52,545 bases of DNA from Promethearchaeia archaeon (GCA_029856155.1 JAHQWL010000026.1:1-52545), one strand, 5' to 3'; shown: positions 19,303 through 29,562, numbered from the stretch's first letter. A program made the numbers and translations. Notes: generated from the letters alone by a model not told the origin.

Positions 19303-19431
19303 GATAGTAAAATTTTAAGGTGTTTTGACAGCTGAATATATTATTCCTAAGAAAAATTAAGAAAAGACATTTTATTAAATTAATCAATAAATTTGATAAT
19401 TTAAAAAAACTTAACGCTAAAATCTATTATG

Positions 19432-19650
19432 TTATATTGTTTCAATTTTTTTGATACCACCGGGTTTTTTTTCAAGCTCCTTATAAGAAACTCTCAAAAG
19501 GCTATCCATATAAAAAGTAGATAATTTGTTACATGATCTACAAATAATATAAACGGGAGCAGGGTATTGTTTAGAATCAATATCACCCATCTCAATTCTA
19601 AATGTAATTTTACTATTACAATGTGGACAAGAATTAAATCGAAGTGGCAT
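19432..19650 (-). CDS. Small Zn-binding protein
   Basis: CPHC...YPAPVYIICRSC. Confidence 0.7.
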   Translation of the reverse strand: MPLRFNSCPHCNSKITFRIEMGDIDSKQYPAPVYIICRSCNKLSTFYMDSLLRVSYKELEKKPGGIKKIETI

Positions 19651-19751
19651 AAAATTCCGATATTTTTCTATTATAATAATTAGATTCTTATTTTTAATTT
19701 CCTATATCCATTATAAATATATTGAAAAATACTTATTATCATTGATAATAT

Positions 19752-21896
19752 ATGGTTAGGCTTCTTATTAAAAAATTTATTTATCTAATAATCATAATAT
19801 TAGCGTTCACTCCTTTCGTTAGTCTCAGCTTACATTCTAATTCTATTAATTCTAGAGAGCGTATATCTTTAGAAAGTATTAAGACTGCTAATGGGGATTT
19901 AAATGTTGATTTGTCTATTTTACCCGATATTGAATATACTCCTCTAAATAATCTCTGGTATGACTCTAAGATTGAAATGCTAATAATTACTCCAAATAGA
20001 ACTGATTTTATTGATGCTGTTAAACCGTTGATGGAATGGAAAAATGAGAAAGGTGTCAAAACCATTATCTTAAGTAATTTCTCTTTATATGAAGGGGTTG
20101 ATGATGCAGAAAAAATTCGAAATATGATTAGATCTTATTATGAAACTGAAAACATACGATGGGTTCTTTTAGCAGGAGACGCTCAGAATAATTTAATTCC
20201 TATAAGATATGTATACAATCCAGATGCAATTAGGTTTGGGGAGGGAACAAATGAAATAGTTGGAGATGATGAGTATAAACCAACAGATTTTTATTATGCC
20301 GACCTTAATGGTACATGGGATAGTGATGGAGATGGAAAGTGGGGAGAGTCTCCGTATGATAATGCTTATGGATTAGATGAAATTGCTTGGGACCCTGAAG
20401 TATATGTTGGAAGATTTCCCGCAAACACCGCGAATGAACTTGCGATAATGGTAAATAAAACATTGAAATATGAGTCTGAACCAGAAGTTGGCGATTGGAT
20501 GAATAGAATGCTACTAGCAGGGGGGATATCTGATACTATTTATAAAGAGCCTCCAGATGGAGAAGATGAGTCTTTCTTAACAACATATATTTGGCAGAAT
20601 TACGTTGCATCAGAGATGAACTTTACACATTTATGGAGATCAACCTATTATACACCTCCAGAACCTAAAGAACCCCTGACATCAACAAGTTTTAAAAGAG
20701 AAATTAATAAGGGTTATTCAACGGTCATTTTTGCTGGTCATGGAGATCCTTATCAGTATGCGGATGCATCTGGTGGTATTTATACTAATACAAACGCCAA
20801 TAATATTTTAAATACTAATAATCTCTCATTAGTATATGCTGATGCTTGTAGTACATCTTCCTATGATATTAATGATAATAGTATCGGAGAATATTTAATA
20901 AAAAAGAATAATGCTGGAGCTATTGGTTATATTGGAGGATTGAGAGTAACATGGTATTATAAAGATGATTATAATCTTGAAATGTTAAATCGTGGAAATG
21001 CAAAATTATTTTGGAAAGAGTTTTTCCTTAATAATAAATTTCAGCAAGGTAAGGCTTTATATGATTCAAAGGTTGCGTATATGAATAGTGATTATTATGT
21101 ATATGGATTTGGCTCAACGTTTTTTGATTTTGAACGTAAACAACTCCTCACATATTGTCTTTTAGGAGATCCAGAAGTTGATATCTATACCAACAAACCA
21201 AAATTAGCGCTCAACCCGTTTACCGAAACTATCTATGAAGGTCAATTAGTCTCGATAACTATAAGAGATGTTAATAACAGAATTGTTCCTTATGCACGAG
21301 TTCATCTTAGAGGTTCTGATGGAAAATATCACACCGCATATGCCAATGAGAATGGTTTAGTTAATTTTCGTATTCCCGCTGAAGAAAATGAGATTTATAA
21401 TGTAACAATTACGGGGCATAATTTAAAAACCTCAAATTTTAATTTTAAAGCACTTCCAGATAGTACATCACCTCGGTTGTTTGGAATAGAATGTAACCCG
21501 AAAAATCCTAAAACTTCGGATATGACTACATTTAATATCAATGTTCATGATAATAAATCAGGAATTGAATCTGCATTTATTTTTTTATCTAAAAATAATT
21601 TTATCGATTATACATACTATGGATTAGCAAACTCCATTGAAGAAAATAAGGATCTAATACCAATCAAAACGGAGAGATTAACTCCTGGTAAATATTCTTA
21701 CTGTATTGTGTTACGAGATTATGCTAACAATACAGAGATCTTTTATAATTCAGGCTTTATTTTTTCAATTCCTCAACATATAATTAACTATATAGCTCCT
21801 TTCTCTTTAGTTTTAATTATTGCAATAGTGGGAGTTTCTGTCGTAACTCTTTATACAGGTTTAAAAAAATATTCACGTATCTTTAAAGAAATATAA
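19752..21896 (+). CDS. Peptidase C25 (gingipain-like) cysteine protease, membrane anchored
   Basis: Signal peptide, VLLAGD, TDFYYADL, VGRFP, FAGHG (His), DACST (Cys), LLGDP, C-terminal TM. Confidence 0.88.
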   Translation: MVRLLIKKFIYLIIIILAFTPFVSLSLHSNSINSRERISLESIKTANGDLNVDLSILPDIEYTPLNNLWYDSKIEMLIITPNRTDFIDAVKPLMEWKNEKGVKTIILSNFSLYEGVDDAEKIRNMIRSYYETENIRWVLLAGDAQNNLIPIRYVYNPDAIRFGEGTNEIVGDDEYKPTDFYYADLNGTWDSDGDGKWGESPYDNAYGLDEIAWDPEVYVGRFPANTANELAIMVNKTLKYESEPEVGDWMNRMLLAGGISDTIYKEPPDGEDESFLTTYIWQNYVASEMNFTHLWRSTYYTPPEPKEPLTSTSFKREINKGYSTVIFAGHGDPYQYADASGGIYTNTNANNILNTNNLSLVYADACSTSSYDINDNSIGEYLIKKNNAGAIGYIGGLRVTWYYKDDYNLEMLNRGNAKLFWKEFFLNNKFQQGKALYDSKVAYMNSDYYVYGFGSTFFDFERKQLLTYCLLGDPEVDIYTNKPKLALNPFTETIYEGQLVSITIRDVNNRIVPYARVHLRGSDGKYHTAYANENGLVNFRIPAEENEIYNVTITGHNLKTSNFNFKALPDSTSPRLFGIECNPKNPKTSDMTTFNINVHDNKSGIESAFIFLSKNNFIDYTYYGLANSIEENKDLIPIKTERLTPGKYSYCIVLRDYANNTEIFYNSGFIFSIPQHIINYIAPFSLVLIIAIVGVSVVTLYTGLKKYSRIFKEI

Positions 21897-21914
21897 AAAA
21901 TCTGGAAAAAACAA

Positions 21915-22466
21915 TCATTTTTTCTTCAATTTATCTCTCTTCAGATCTAATAGATATCTTATAGAACTAAAAGTACCTAGTATACCGTGGATAATTAATG
22001 CTAAAGCTATTAAAAATACTGCTATGAGATCATTAAATACAAATAAAAATATTATAATAAACATTCCTGCCAAAGTAAATTTCAATACCGAAGAAAATTC
22101 ACTAAATGCAACTTTCCATGTTTTAGATTTTGTTAATCTATCTTTAATCTCATTTTTGTATTCTTCTTCTCCCGCTTCCCTGATATACCAACTTCCTTCT
22201 ATATTATTAGCAAATAGAAAAAGACTCCACCAGAATATGAAGAAACTTAAATAAAAATCCAATGAACCCAATATAACAATCGGAATTTGCATTAATACCA
22301 TTCCTTTCCAACCAATACGTCGGGCTATTTTATTAGTTTCTAATTTTAATTCTCTTGTAACATATCTGGTACTTAGTATATCAAGTAATCTTCCAATAAT
22401 TGTAATAAAAGCATTAATCAAAATTTGATACCATTGTACATCCCGTAGGATTAATTGAAATAACAT
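21915..22466 (-). CDS. Multi-pass membrane protein
   Basis: Several hydrophobic segments; LDILST..ETN motif. Confidence 0.7.
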   Translation of the reverse strand: MLFQLILRDVQWYQILINAFITIIGRLLDILSTRYVTRELKLETNKIARRIGWKGMVLMQIPIVILGSLDFYLSFFIFWWSLFLFANNIEGSWYIREAGEEEYKNEIKDRLTKSKTWKVAFSEFSSVLKFTLAGMFIIIFLFVFNDLIAVFLIALALIIHGILGTFSSIRYLLDLKRDKLKKK

Positions 22467-22607
22467 AATTCACGTACCATCTTGTTTAATCCTTATAAAC
22501 TTAACGTTCTTTATGAAAAAGTTTAATTATTAGCTTTTATTATTCCTATTTACTTATAACCATATAAGTAGGTATTTTCTTATAAAATAACCGACCTTAT
22601 ATAATGG

Positions 22608-22754
22608 GTAAGATTAGCGTTTATAACCACATGAATTAGTAGCAATTCGCTACTGCGCTGGAACCATCCGAACCCGGAAGTTAAACTTGTTTAGCGTTGT
22701 AGATAGTACTGTAATTGCGATTTATGGGAAACTACAAACTGTAAGTTAGCTTAC
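22608..22754 (+). rRNA. rrf: 5S rRNA, stand-alone, AU-rich, with an extra hairpin (ends approximate)
   Basis: Loop C/helix III signature CCATCCGAACCCGGAAGTTAA; loop E elements AGTA and GGGAAA; complementary ends GTAAG/CTTAC. Confidence 0.85.
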
Positions 22755-22897
22755 GGTCATGGCATACAAGGAAAATACCCGGTCACGCTTTTTTGTGTGG
22801 TTATACGTAGTCTACTTTTTTAATTTCATCTAAAATTAAGTTTTTATACTATTAATTATATCCTTAAATAATATTGAAGAATTCTTGGTTTTAAACC

Positions 22898-23440
22898 TTG
22901 CCAAAAAAGTATATAGTCATAGCAAAGACCATTGGAAGAAAGTGGTTTCTAATTCTTGTGGGAATAATTATCATCGTTGCTCTTTATAATCCAATTGCAG
23001 CGATCTGGATGTCCGGCATCACTTTAGTATTGTTCATATTATCGTATGTTCCAAAATTGTTTTTTAAAAATAAACTTCATAAATTTTTGAAAAAATTTTA
23101 TAAAATTGAGGATGAATTGATTGCTCGAAAGTTTAACAAGCGGAACGAGGTAATAAGAGATATTTTGTTTGAAATCTCTCAAAATCAGGAGAAAAAAAAA
23201 TGGTTAATAACCTTTATAAATAAACAATATGTTTTCTATCATCAAGAAACGATCGAAAAATTTAAGGAACTTTATAATAAGGGATTTAGTGAAAAGGAAA
23301 TTCTTGATAATTTAAAAGATTATAAAGTTACCACGAAAGCGGAAATTAAGACCATTAAAGACAGTCTGATTAAACTTAACAGGCTAAGTGAAAGAGAAAT
23401 CTCTGTAAAAGAACACAGAGAGAAACAAAGGTTTGCCTAA
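22898..23440 (+). CDS. Hypothetical membrane protein (2 N-terminal TM, basic cytoplasmic domain)
   Basis: Hydropathy pattern. Confidence 0.7.
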   Translation: MPKKYIVIAKTIGRKWFLILVGIIIIVALYNPIAAIWMSGITLVLFILSYVPKLFFKNKLHKFLKKFYKIEDELIARKFNKRNEVIRDILFEISQNQEKKKWLITFINKQYVFYHQETIEKFKELYNKGFSEKEILDNLKDYKVTTKAEIKTIKDSLIKLNRLSEREISVKEHREKQRFA

Positions 23441-23455
23441 ATAAGATAAAAAGAT

Positions 23456-23929
23456 TTAACGTCTTTTTCTTCCTTTTTTAACAGCAGAAAATTCAATTAT
23501 TATTCCTAATAAGGATTCAGTATCCATATATGCATATTTTAAACCCACTATTTTACCAGCCTGTAACACTCCAATGCCTTCTTCCTTAAATTTTTCTAAA
23601 ACAGCTGGTAAATCGTCAACATCATAGCGTATATGATGCAATCCTTCTCTTCCTTGTTCTAAGAATTCTTTATGAATAGATTCCCCACCTTGAGGTTCTA
23701 TTAATTCAATTTCAGTATTATTAAAAAGTCGACTATAACCAGCGGTTACTGTCCATTTCGTTTCTTTTCCTCTAAGGGTAATTTCCATTTCTATTGGACC
23801 TAATATATTGAATTTAGGGATGCCAAAGAATTGCTCCATTATACTTGCTTGCTTCCTAATATCTTTATAAATATAACCTAATTGGCTAATTCTTAGGGCA
23901 GCAAGATTAAAACTCAATTCATTCTCCAT
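23456..23929 (-). CDS. VOC/glyoxalase family (methylmalonyl-CoA epimerase-like)
   Basis: ISQLGY, IELIEP, EGLHHI, AYMDT..GIIIEF. Confidence 0.85.
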   Translation of the reverse strand: MENELSFNLAALRISQLGYIYKDIRKQASIMEQFFGIPKFNILGPIEMEITLRGKETKWTVTAGYSRLFNNTEIELIEPQGGESIHKEFLEQGREGLHHIRYDVDDLPAVLEKFKEEGIGVLQAGKIVGLKYAYMDTESLLGIIIEFSAVKKGRKRR

Positions 23930-24042
23930 TTTAATTCAACTCAAATCTTATTTCAATTGATTATATTTATCTATATTCATATAAATAGATTTTTTTTTGA
24001 ATTAAAAAAAGAATAAAAAAGTAAAATTAAAAAATCTATGAG

Positions 24043-24336
24043 TTATTCAACCTCTCCAAATTCTAAATCGAAACTATAGTGTTTTCTTATTGGTTTTTTT
24101 ACATTCCAAACACACTTTAAGCCTTTTTCAAATTGGACGAGGTCACCTTTCTTAAATTCTATTTTATCACCTGTATCAGAATCTATAACTTCCACTTCTC
24201 CATCTAAAACATAACACGTTTCTGTTTCGCCATATGACCAATCAAATTCACTAACTTCCTTACTCCAAGTCCCCCATGATTTTACTTTTAATTTCTCTAA
24301 ATCTTCTTCGGTTGGACTTTTCTTTTTCATTTTCAT
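24043..24336 (-). CDS. Cupin_3 (DUF861/EutQ-like) protein
   Basis: WGTW..FDWSY..ETCYVLDGEV..GDLVQF..WNV..IRKHY. Confidence 0.88.
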   Translation of the reverse strand: MKMKKKSPTEEDLEKLKVKSWGTWSKEVSEFDWSYGETETCYVLDGEVEVIDSDTGDKIEFKKGDLVQFEKGLKCVWNVKKPIRKHYSFDLEFGEVE

Positions 24337-24614
24337 AATTAATCACTTTATATCTATTCCTATTAATTTTTCTAAAAAAAGACTGGGAAATATTATTACA
24401 CGGACATTAATAAAATTTATTTTCAAAATCTTTTTTAAGGATTTAAATTTGAAAAAAACAATAAAAAACTAAAATTAAAAAGTATTATTCAATTAAATTA
24501 GATTCAAATTATCGTTTTAAAAAAGAATATTAATTCGTATAAAGATTATATTTATAATAGATAAAATTAACCTCCTTAAAAAAGTAGCTTCAGAAAGTTC
24601 TTACTATATAGTTT

Positions 24615-25166
24615 GTGCCCAAAAATCGAGATGAGTTTACAAGAATGCCACAAAAGTTTATACTGAAAATATTAACCGCAGGTGAAGGTGGCGTTGGAAA
24701 AACCACACTTTTACATAGGTACGTAGAAGGTAAATTTTCAGCTGAGACAAAAATGACAATCGGTGTTGAGTTTTTTTTGAAAGAAACAGAAATAGATTCC
24801 AAACAGTGCACATTGCAACTCTGGGATTTTGGAGGGCAAGAACGATTTCGCTTTTTGCTTGAAAGTTATGTTTTAGGCGCAAAAGGCGCACTACTCATGT
24901 TTGACCTCACTCGCATAACCACTTTGGAGAATTTGCAACAATGGATCAATATTGTACGTAAAGGTGCCCCAAATCTTCCCGTTCTCTTTTTAGGTACAAA
25001 ATTGGATTTAGGTGATGAGATTATGGTTGATGACGATTATGCAATGTCATTTCTAAACGAATTTAATTTATTTGATTTTATGAAAATCTCTTCAAAGACA
25101 GGCGAAAATGTTGCAGAAGCTTTTAATCTTTTAACAAGAAAAATATTAGAGCGTCAAGCCTATTGA
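24615..25166 (+). CDS. Rab-like small GTPase (start may be ATG 24645)
   Basis: GEGGVGKT, TIGVEF, WDFGGQERF, TKLD, SSKTG. Confidence 0.92.
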   Translation: MPKNRDEFTRMPQKFILKILTAGEGGVGKTTLLHRYVEGKFSAETKMTIGVEFFLKETEIDSKQCTLQLWDFGGQERFRFLLESYVLGAKGALLMFDLTRITTLENLQQWINIVRKGAPNLPVLFLGTKLDLGDEIMVDDDYAMSFLNEFNLFDFMKISSKTGENVAEAFNLLTRKILERQAY

Positions 25167-25606
25167 ATTCTTTTATTAATTTAATAATTCTGGATTCTAA
25201 TTTCATTTTACTTCCTTTTCAGTTTAAAATAGATTATTTTAATGAAATTAGGTTAAATCTTGAAGGAAAACTAAGATTTATAATATATCAACAAATTTTA
25301 GATGAATTAGATTCTAAAAAAAGGAGAGAACCAAAACGCACTAACTTTATAAGGTTGCTTGAAAACGGTTTATTATATCTAAATAAAAATATAGAAAAGT
25401 ATGATATTGAAATAATAGATGATGTTAAAAATGACGTTGAAACTACTGATGACTTTTTATTAAGAATGTCAAAAGAACTTCAGAATGAATCTCAAAATTT
25501 ATACTTAGCAACAAATGATTCAGAATTGCGTAGAAAAGCGAAAAAATTAAACATTGGAACAATTTTTTTAAGACAAAAGAAATATATATCCATCGAGAGA
25601 GTATAA
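25163..25606 (+). CDS. PIN-domain ribonuclease (Fcf1/Utp24-like archaeal family)
   Basis: ILDSNF, ILDEL, TDD, LATNDSELR; 4-nt overlap with the upstream GTPase. Confidence 0.85.
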   Translation: MNSFINLIILDSNFILLPFQFKIDYFNEIRLNLEGKLRFIIYQQILDELDSKKRREPKRTNFIRLLENGLLYLNKNIEKYDIEIIDDVKNDVETTDDFLLRMSKELQNESQNLYLATNDSELRRKAKKLNIGTIFLRQKKYISIERV

Positions 25607-25750
25607 AAGTATGAAATAGTCTATTTTTTTTAATATAATACTGTGATCTAGAATTTATTTAAGATTATTTTAAAACTATTGAATAATTATTACTTTTTAG
25701 AATATAATCGTAATTATCAACTTTAGTAAGAATTCAAGTAGAGACTCCAT

Positions 25751-26281
25751 ATGTTTAAGAACAAGGAATTCAAGCCGATTTTGCTGAAAGTCATTATAGG
25801 TGGTGATGGTGGTGTAGGAAAGACCACCCTCCTGCACAGATACATTGAAAGTGTTTTTCTCGCTGATACTCACCTAACTATAGGAGTAGAATTTTTCCTG
25901 AAAGAGATTCAAATTGATGAGACAAAAATTTTACTTCAAGTTTGGGATTTTGGTGGTCAAGAGCGCTTTAGACCTCTATTAATAAGTTATGCAACTGGAG
26001 CAAGAGGAGCATTATTGCTATTTGATCTAACTAGACCATCAAGTTTAAATCGAATTGACCAATGGGTAAATATTTGTAGGCAAAATAATCAAGATATTCC
26101 AATATTATTATTAGGGTCAAAGTTAGATTTAATTGATGCTATTACGATTGATGATGATTTTGCTACTAAATTTATAGATGAATATAACTTTTTCAATTAT
26201 TTAAAAATATCTTCTAAGACTGGAGAGAACGTAAATTTAGCTTTTGAATTATTAGCTAAAGAACTTATTAAAGACCTATAA
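25751..26281 (+). CDS. Rab-like small GTPase
   Basis: GDGGVGKT, TIGVEF, WDFGGQERF, SKLD, SSKTG. Confidence 0.92.
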   Translation: MFKNKEFKPILLKVIIGGDGGVGKTTLLHRYIESVFLADTHLTIGVEFFLKEIQIDETKILLQVWDFGGQERFRPLLISYATGARGALLLFDLTRPSSLNRIDQWVNICRQNNQDIPILLLGSKLDLIDAITIDDDFATKFIDEYNFFNYLKISSKTGENVNLAFELLAKELIKDL

Positions 26282-26309
26282 AAATATAATAATTTTAAAC
26301 ATTTGACCC

Positions 26310-27497
26310 TTATATTCTATTCAGAACTATATCCTTTATATTCTCTTTGCTTAAATTAGCGGGATTATTTTTTAATTCTGCCCTTTCTACTATTTTATCA
26401 ACATCTTTAAATTCAATACCATATTTTCCTAAGCGATCAATCTCTAATTCGTTTGTCCATTTTTCAAGAGTTTTTATTAATTTCATACAATATTCATTAA
26501 TCTTGCTCTCTTCTAATTGATATTTACCCGATAATAATGCACCAATTTGTGCATGCTTTCTTAAGCTTAATTTACCTTTAGATCCTAGTTTTTGAAGTAT
26601 TTCAATATTCATCTTTGTTGCTTCAAATAGAAGCGTACCACATACTACGCCATGCGGTATTTTAAAGATTCCTCCAATTGGTGAAGCTAATCCATGAACT
26701 ATTCCTAAACCTGCATTAGCAAGAGTGATCCCTGACATTAATGACCCATATGCCATCCCTGATCGAACATTCACATCTGATGCTCCATCTGAACATGCTA
26801 ATAATATATTTTCACTTAAATATTTCATACCACTAAAAGCTAAAGCATCTGTCATTAAGCTTGCTTTTGAAGAAATATATGATTCGAGGAGTTGAGTAAA
26901 GGCATCCATTCCACATGCTGCTGATACTGACTGTGGACATGAAATCATAAGTTCAGGATCAATAATAGCCATATTAGGAACTAAATTATCATGACGAAGT
27001 GATTTTTTAAAACCTTTGGGTCCTACTTCGGTAATAACGGCATTTTTTGTAGCTTCACTTCCAGTTCCAGAAGTAGTAGGGATCGCAATATACGGAATTT
27101 TCTTACCATCATGAATTTTATTTCCAACGCCTTCAAGATAATTTTTAATCGATTCATTCTTTGTTAACATAGCTGAAACTGCTTTTCCTGCGTCAATAAC
27201 ACTCCCTCCACCAATAGCAACGATTAGTTTGAGGTTTTTATTTCTAAATTTTGCCACAGTGTCGTCAATTAGACGGGGAGATGGTTCACTCGAAATTGAT
27301 ATTGATGAAAAATTGATTGCTTTATTTTCTAACATAGCAGTCATTTCATTCCATTTTCCCGATTGGTAGAGAGAACTTCCACCAATAACAAATAATACCT
27401 CATTTCCAAATTTAGGAATAATATTATAAAGTTCGTTTCGCTTTCCAGCTCCGAAAATGATCTGCGGAATACTAGCAAATTTAAAAGGAGAAATCAT
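26310..27497 (-). CDS. Iron-containing alcohol dehydrogenase
   Basis: GGGSVID, PTTSGTGSE, GMDAFTQLLE, GIVHGLA, PHG. Confidence 0.92.
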   Translation of the reverse strand: MISPFKFASIPQIIFGAGKRNELYNIIPKFGNEVLFVIGGSSLYQSGKWNEMTAMLENKAINFSSISISSEPSPRLIDDTVAKFRNKNLKLIVAIGGGSVIDAGKAVSAMLTKNESIKNYLEGVGNKIHDGKKIPYIAIPTTSGTGSEATKNAVITEVGPKGFKKSLRHDNLVPNMAIIDPELMISCPQSVSAACGMDAFTQLLESYISSKASLMTDALAFSGMKYLSENILLACSDGASDVNVRSGMAYGSLMSGITLANAGLGIVHGLASPIGGIFKIPHGVVCGTLLFEATKMNIEILQKLGSKGKLSLRKHAQIGALLSGKYQLEESKINEYCMKLIKTLEKWTNELEIDRLGKYGIEFKDVDKIVERAELKNNPANLSKENIKDIVLNRI

Positions 27498-27678
27498 TAA
27501 TCTGCACTTCCACTTCTATTTAATCGCTAAATTCATTATATTTATTTGAATTTATTATACAAAAAAATGCATGATAATTAAGGTTTTCAAACTTTTTATC
27601 TTTTTATAATGAGTAAGATTTATAATTTAATCTAGATAATTTGTTTTATAATATAATTCAACCTATTGGTGATTTACT

Positions 27679-28032
27679 ATCAAAAAAGTTCATGAAAATG
27701 ATTTTGAGTACAGAGGTGGAAGTTCTGGAGTTAAATACTTGATGAGAGGTCCTTCGATAGACTGGGGAGTTATATTACTTAAACCAGGTGAATTCATGGG
27801 TGAAAAATCGCATGGGCATAACATTCTAGATGAAACATTTTTCTTCATGGAAGGTGACGGTATTATGATTATTGATAATAAAGAATATGAGGCAAAAGAA
27901 GGAACTGTGTTTCTTTGCGAACCAAAAGAAATGCATAACATTAGAAATGATTCTGATAAACCAATAAAAGTTATTTTTATTAAAGGAGAATATAAACCTG
28001 AAGATAAGATCTATAATAATAATTTGTTTTAA
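27679..28032 (+). CDS. Cupin domain protein; frame extends upstream to a probable ATC start at 27679
   Basis: HGH..E..GDG..H cupin motifs; open frame IKKVHENDFEYRGGSSGVKYL upstream of the track start; GGTGA at 27668-27672. Confidence 0.8.
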   Translation: MKKVHENDFEYRGGSSGVKYLMRGPSIDWGVILLKPGEFMGEKSHGHNILDETFFFMEGDGIMIIDNKEYEAKEGTVFLCEPKEMHNIRNDSDKPIKVIFIKGEYKPEDKIYNNNLF

Positions 28033-28049
28033 AAGAAAGTATAGAAAAT

Positions 28050-28430
28050 ATGGCAAAAAAAAAAGGAAAAGCAAAGGGAAGAAAAAGAGGCGTTCAAGAA
28101 GAACCTGTAGTCACTCGTGTAAAATTCCCCAGTAAAAAATTAGGAGAAATGTTTGGACGAGTAGTAGGAATTTTAGGAAATGATCGAATGGAAGTTTTCT
28201 GCGAAGATGGCAAACATAGAATAGGTAGGATAAGAGGGAAAATCAAGAAAAGGGTATGGATAAGGTTGGCTGATCTTGTCATAGTGAACCCATGGGATTG
28301 GGAAACAGAAACCACAGAAAAAATGGGAAAGTGTGAGATTTCTTGGAGATATATGAAGCATGAGATTTCTTGGCTTGAGCGAAAAAATAGGATTCCAGAG
28401 ATTTTAAAAATAAATAATATTCCTCTCTAA
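28050..28430 (+). CDS. eif1a: Translation initiation factor aIF1A
   Basis: ILGNDRMEVFCEDG..RIRGKIKKRVWI..DLVIVNPW..WRY. Confidence 0.95.
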   Translation: MAKKKGKAKGRKRGVQEEPVVTRVKFPSKKLGEMFGRVVGILGNDRMEVFCEDGKHRIGRIRGKIKKRVWIRLADLVIVNPWDWETETTEKMGKCEISWRYMKHEISWLERKNRIPEILKINNIPL

Positions 28431-28597
28431 TTGAAAAAATACACAAACTTTTTAGATTTGATCATAGATATATTTCTACTAAGGTAAAAAAGTAGAATCT
28501 TAATAAAAAAGTAAAATTTTTTAATTTTGTATTATATTACTAATATATACTTATTTTCCAAAATTAATTTTAAAAAACCCAAATTCAAATAAGATTC

Positions 28598-29371
28598 GTG
28601 AAAAAATTGACCGATCAAGAAGAAAATATGAAAAAAACTGAAAGTAAAGAAGTTAATATAGTGGGAACCATCGGAAAAGAGGATATTGAAGAATTAGAGG
28701 ATTTAACTACTCTATTTGCCGTAAGAACAACTATAAATCAAGAAAGCAATATTTTGAAACAAATCTTTTATCGATTCAAAATATTAGATGTAATTCCCGA
28801 TATAAGAGCTATGTTAGTTAGCCCTCTATTACCAGGATACGTATTTTTCGAGGCTCCACAGAAAAGGGATGTGCAAATAGCGGTACAAGGTATTCCTCAC
28901 ATAAAAGGAAGGATTGTCCAGAATATTAAACTTAAAGAACTCAAACACGTGCTTTTACCAAGAAGCGTAACAGAATACTTAGAAGAAGGAGATACAGTTG
29001 AAATAATTAGCGGTGTTTTTGAAGGTTCACGAGCATTAGTAATGCGTATGCCTCATGACAGTAGTAGTAGTGAGGAAGTTGTTGTAAGGCTCCTCCAAGA
29101 AGAGACTCCTATTACTATTAAGATCCATGGGGATTATTTAAAATTAGTTGAAAAGAAGAAACCAATAGAAGAACCTATTCCACAAATAAAAGTGTCTGCT
29201 GACACTTCTACAGATATAGAACTAGAACAAGCTATAAGTTTTGAAGATGAACTTGAAGACTTTGAAGAAGACGTTTCTGAAAGCTATAAAAGTGATGAGA
29301 TAGAAGAGTATACTGATGATGAGGACGAACTTGAGGAAGAAGATGAATGGGCAAAATTTGATGGATTTTAG
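28598..29371 (+). CDS. spt5: Transcription elongation factor Spt5 (NGN+KOW) with an acidic C-terminal tail
   Basis: FAVRTTINQE, LPGYVFFE, EGDTVEIISGVFEG KOW; D/E-rich tail. Confidence 0.88.
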   Translation: MKKLTDQEENMKKTESKEVNIVGTIGKEDIEELEDLTTLFAVRTTINQESNILKQIFYRFKILDVIPDIRAMLVSPLLPGYVFFEAPQKRDVQIAVQGIPHIKGRIVQNIKLKELKHVLLPRSVTEYLEEGDTVEIISGVFEGSRALVMRMPHDSSSSEEVVVRLLQEETPITIKIHGDYLKLVEKKKPIEEPIPQIKVSADTSTDIELEQAISFEDELEDFEEDVSESYKSDEIEEYTDDEDELEEEDEWAKFDGF

Positions 29372-29562
29372 GGTAAAAATATTATTTTCCATATTATTCA
29401 TGTAGAAAATTTTTTAGTAGATAATTAAATCTAACGAAGTTTTGTAGATTGTCTGTTGCTCATACCTAAAGAAACTGATTAATAAAAGAATTTTTATACA
29501 TAGACTATTATTAAAGAAATTAAAGAATAGAATTTTCACGAATAAAAATTTCCTTGAGATAA

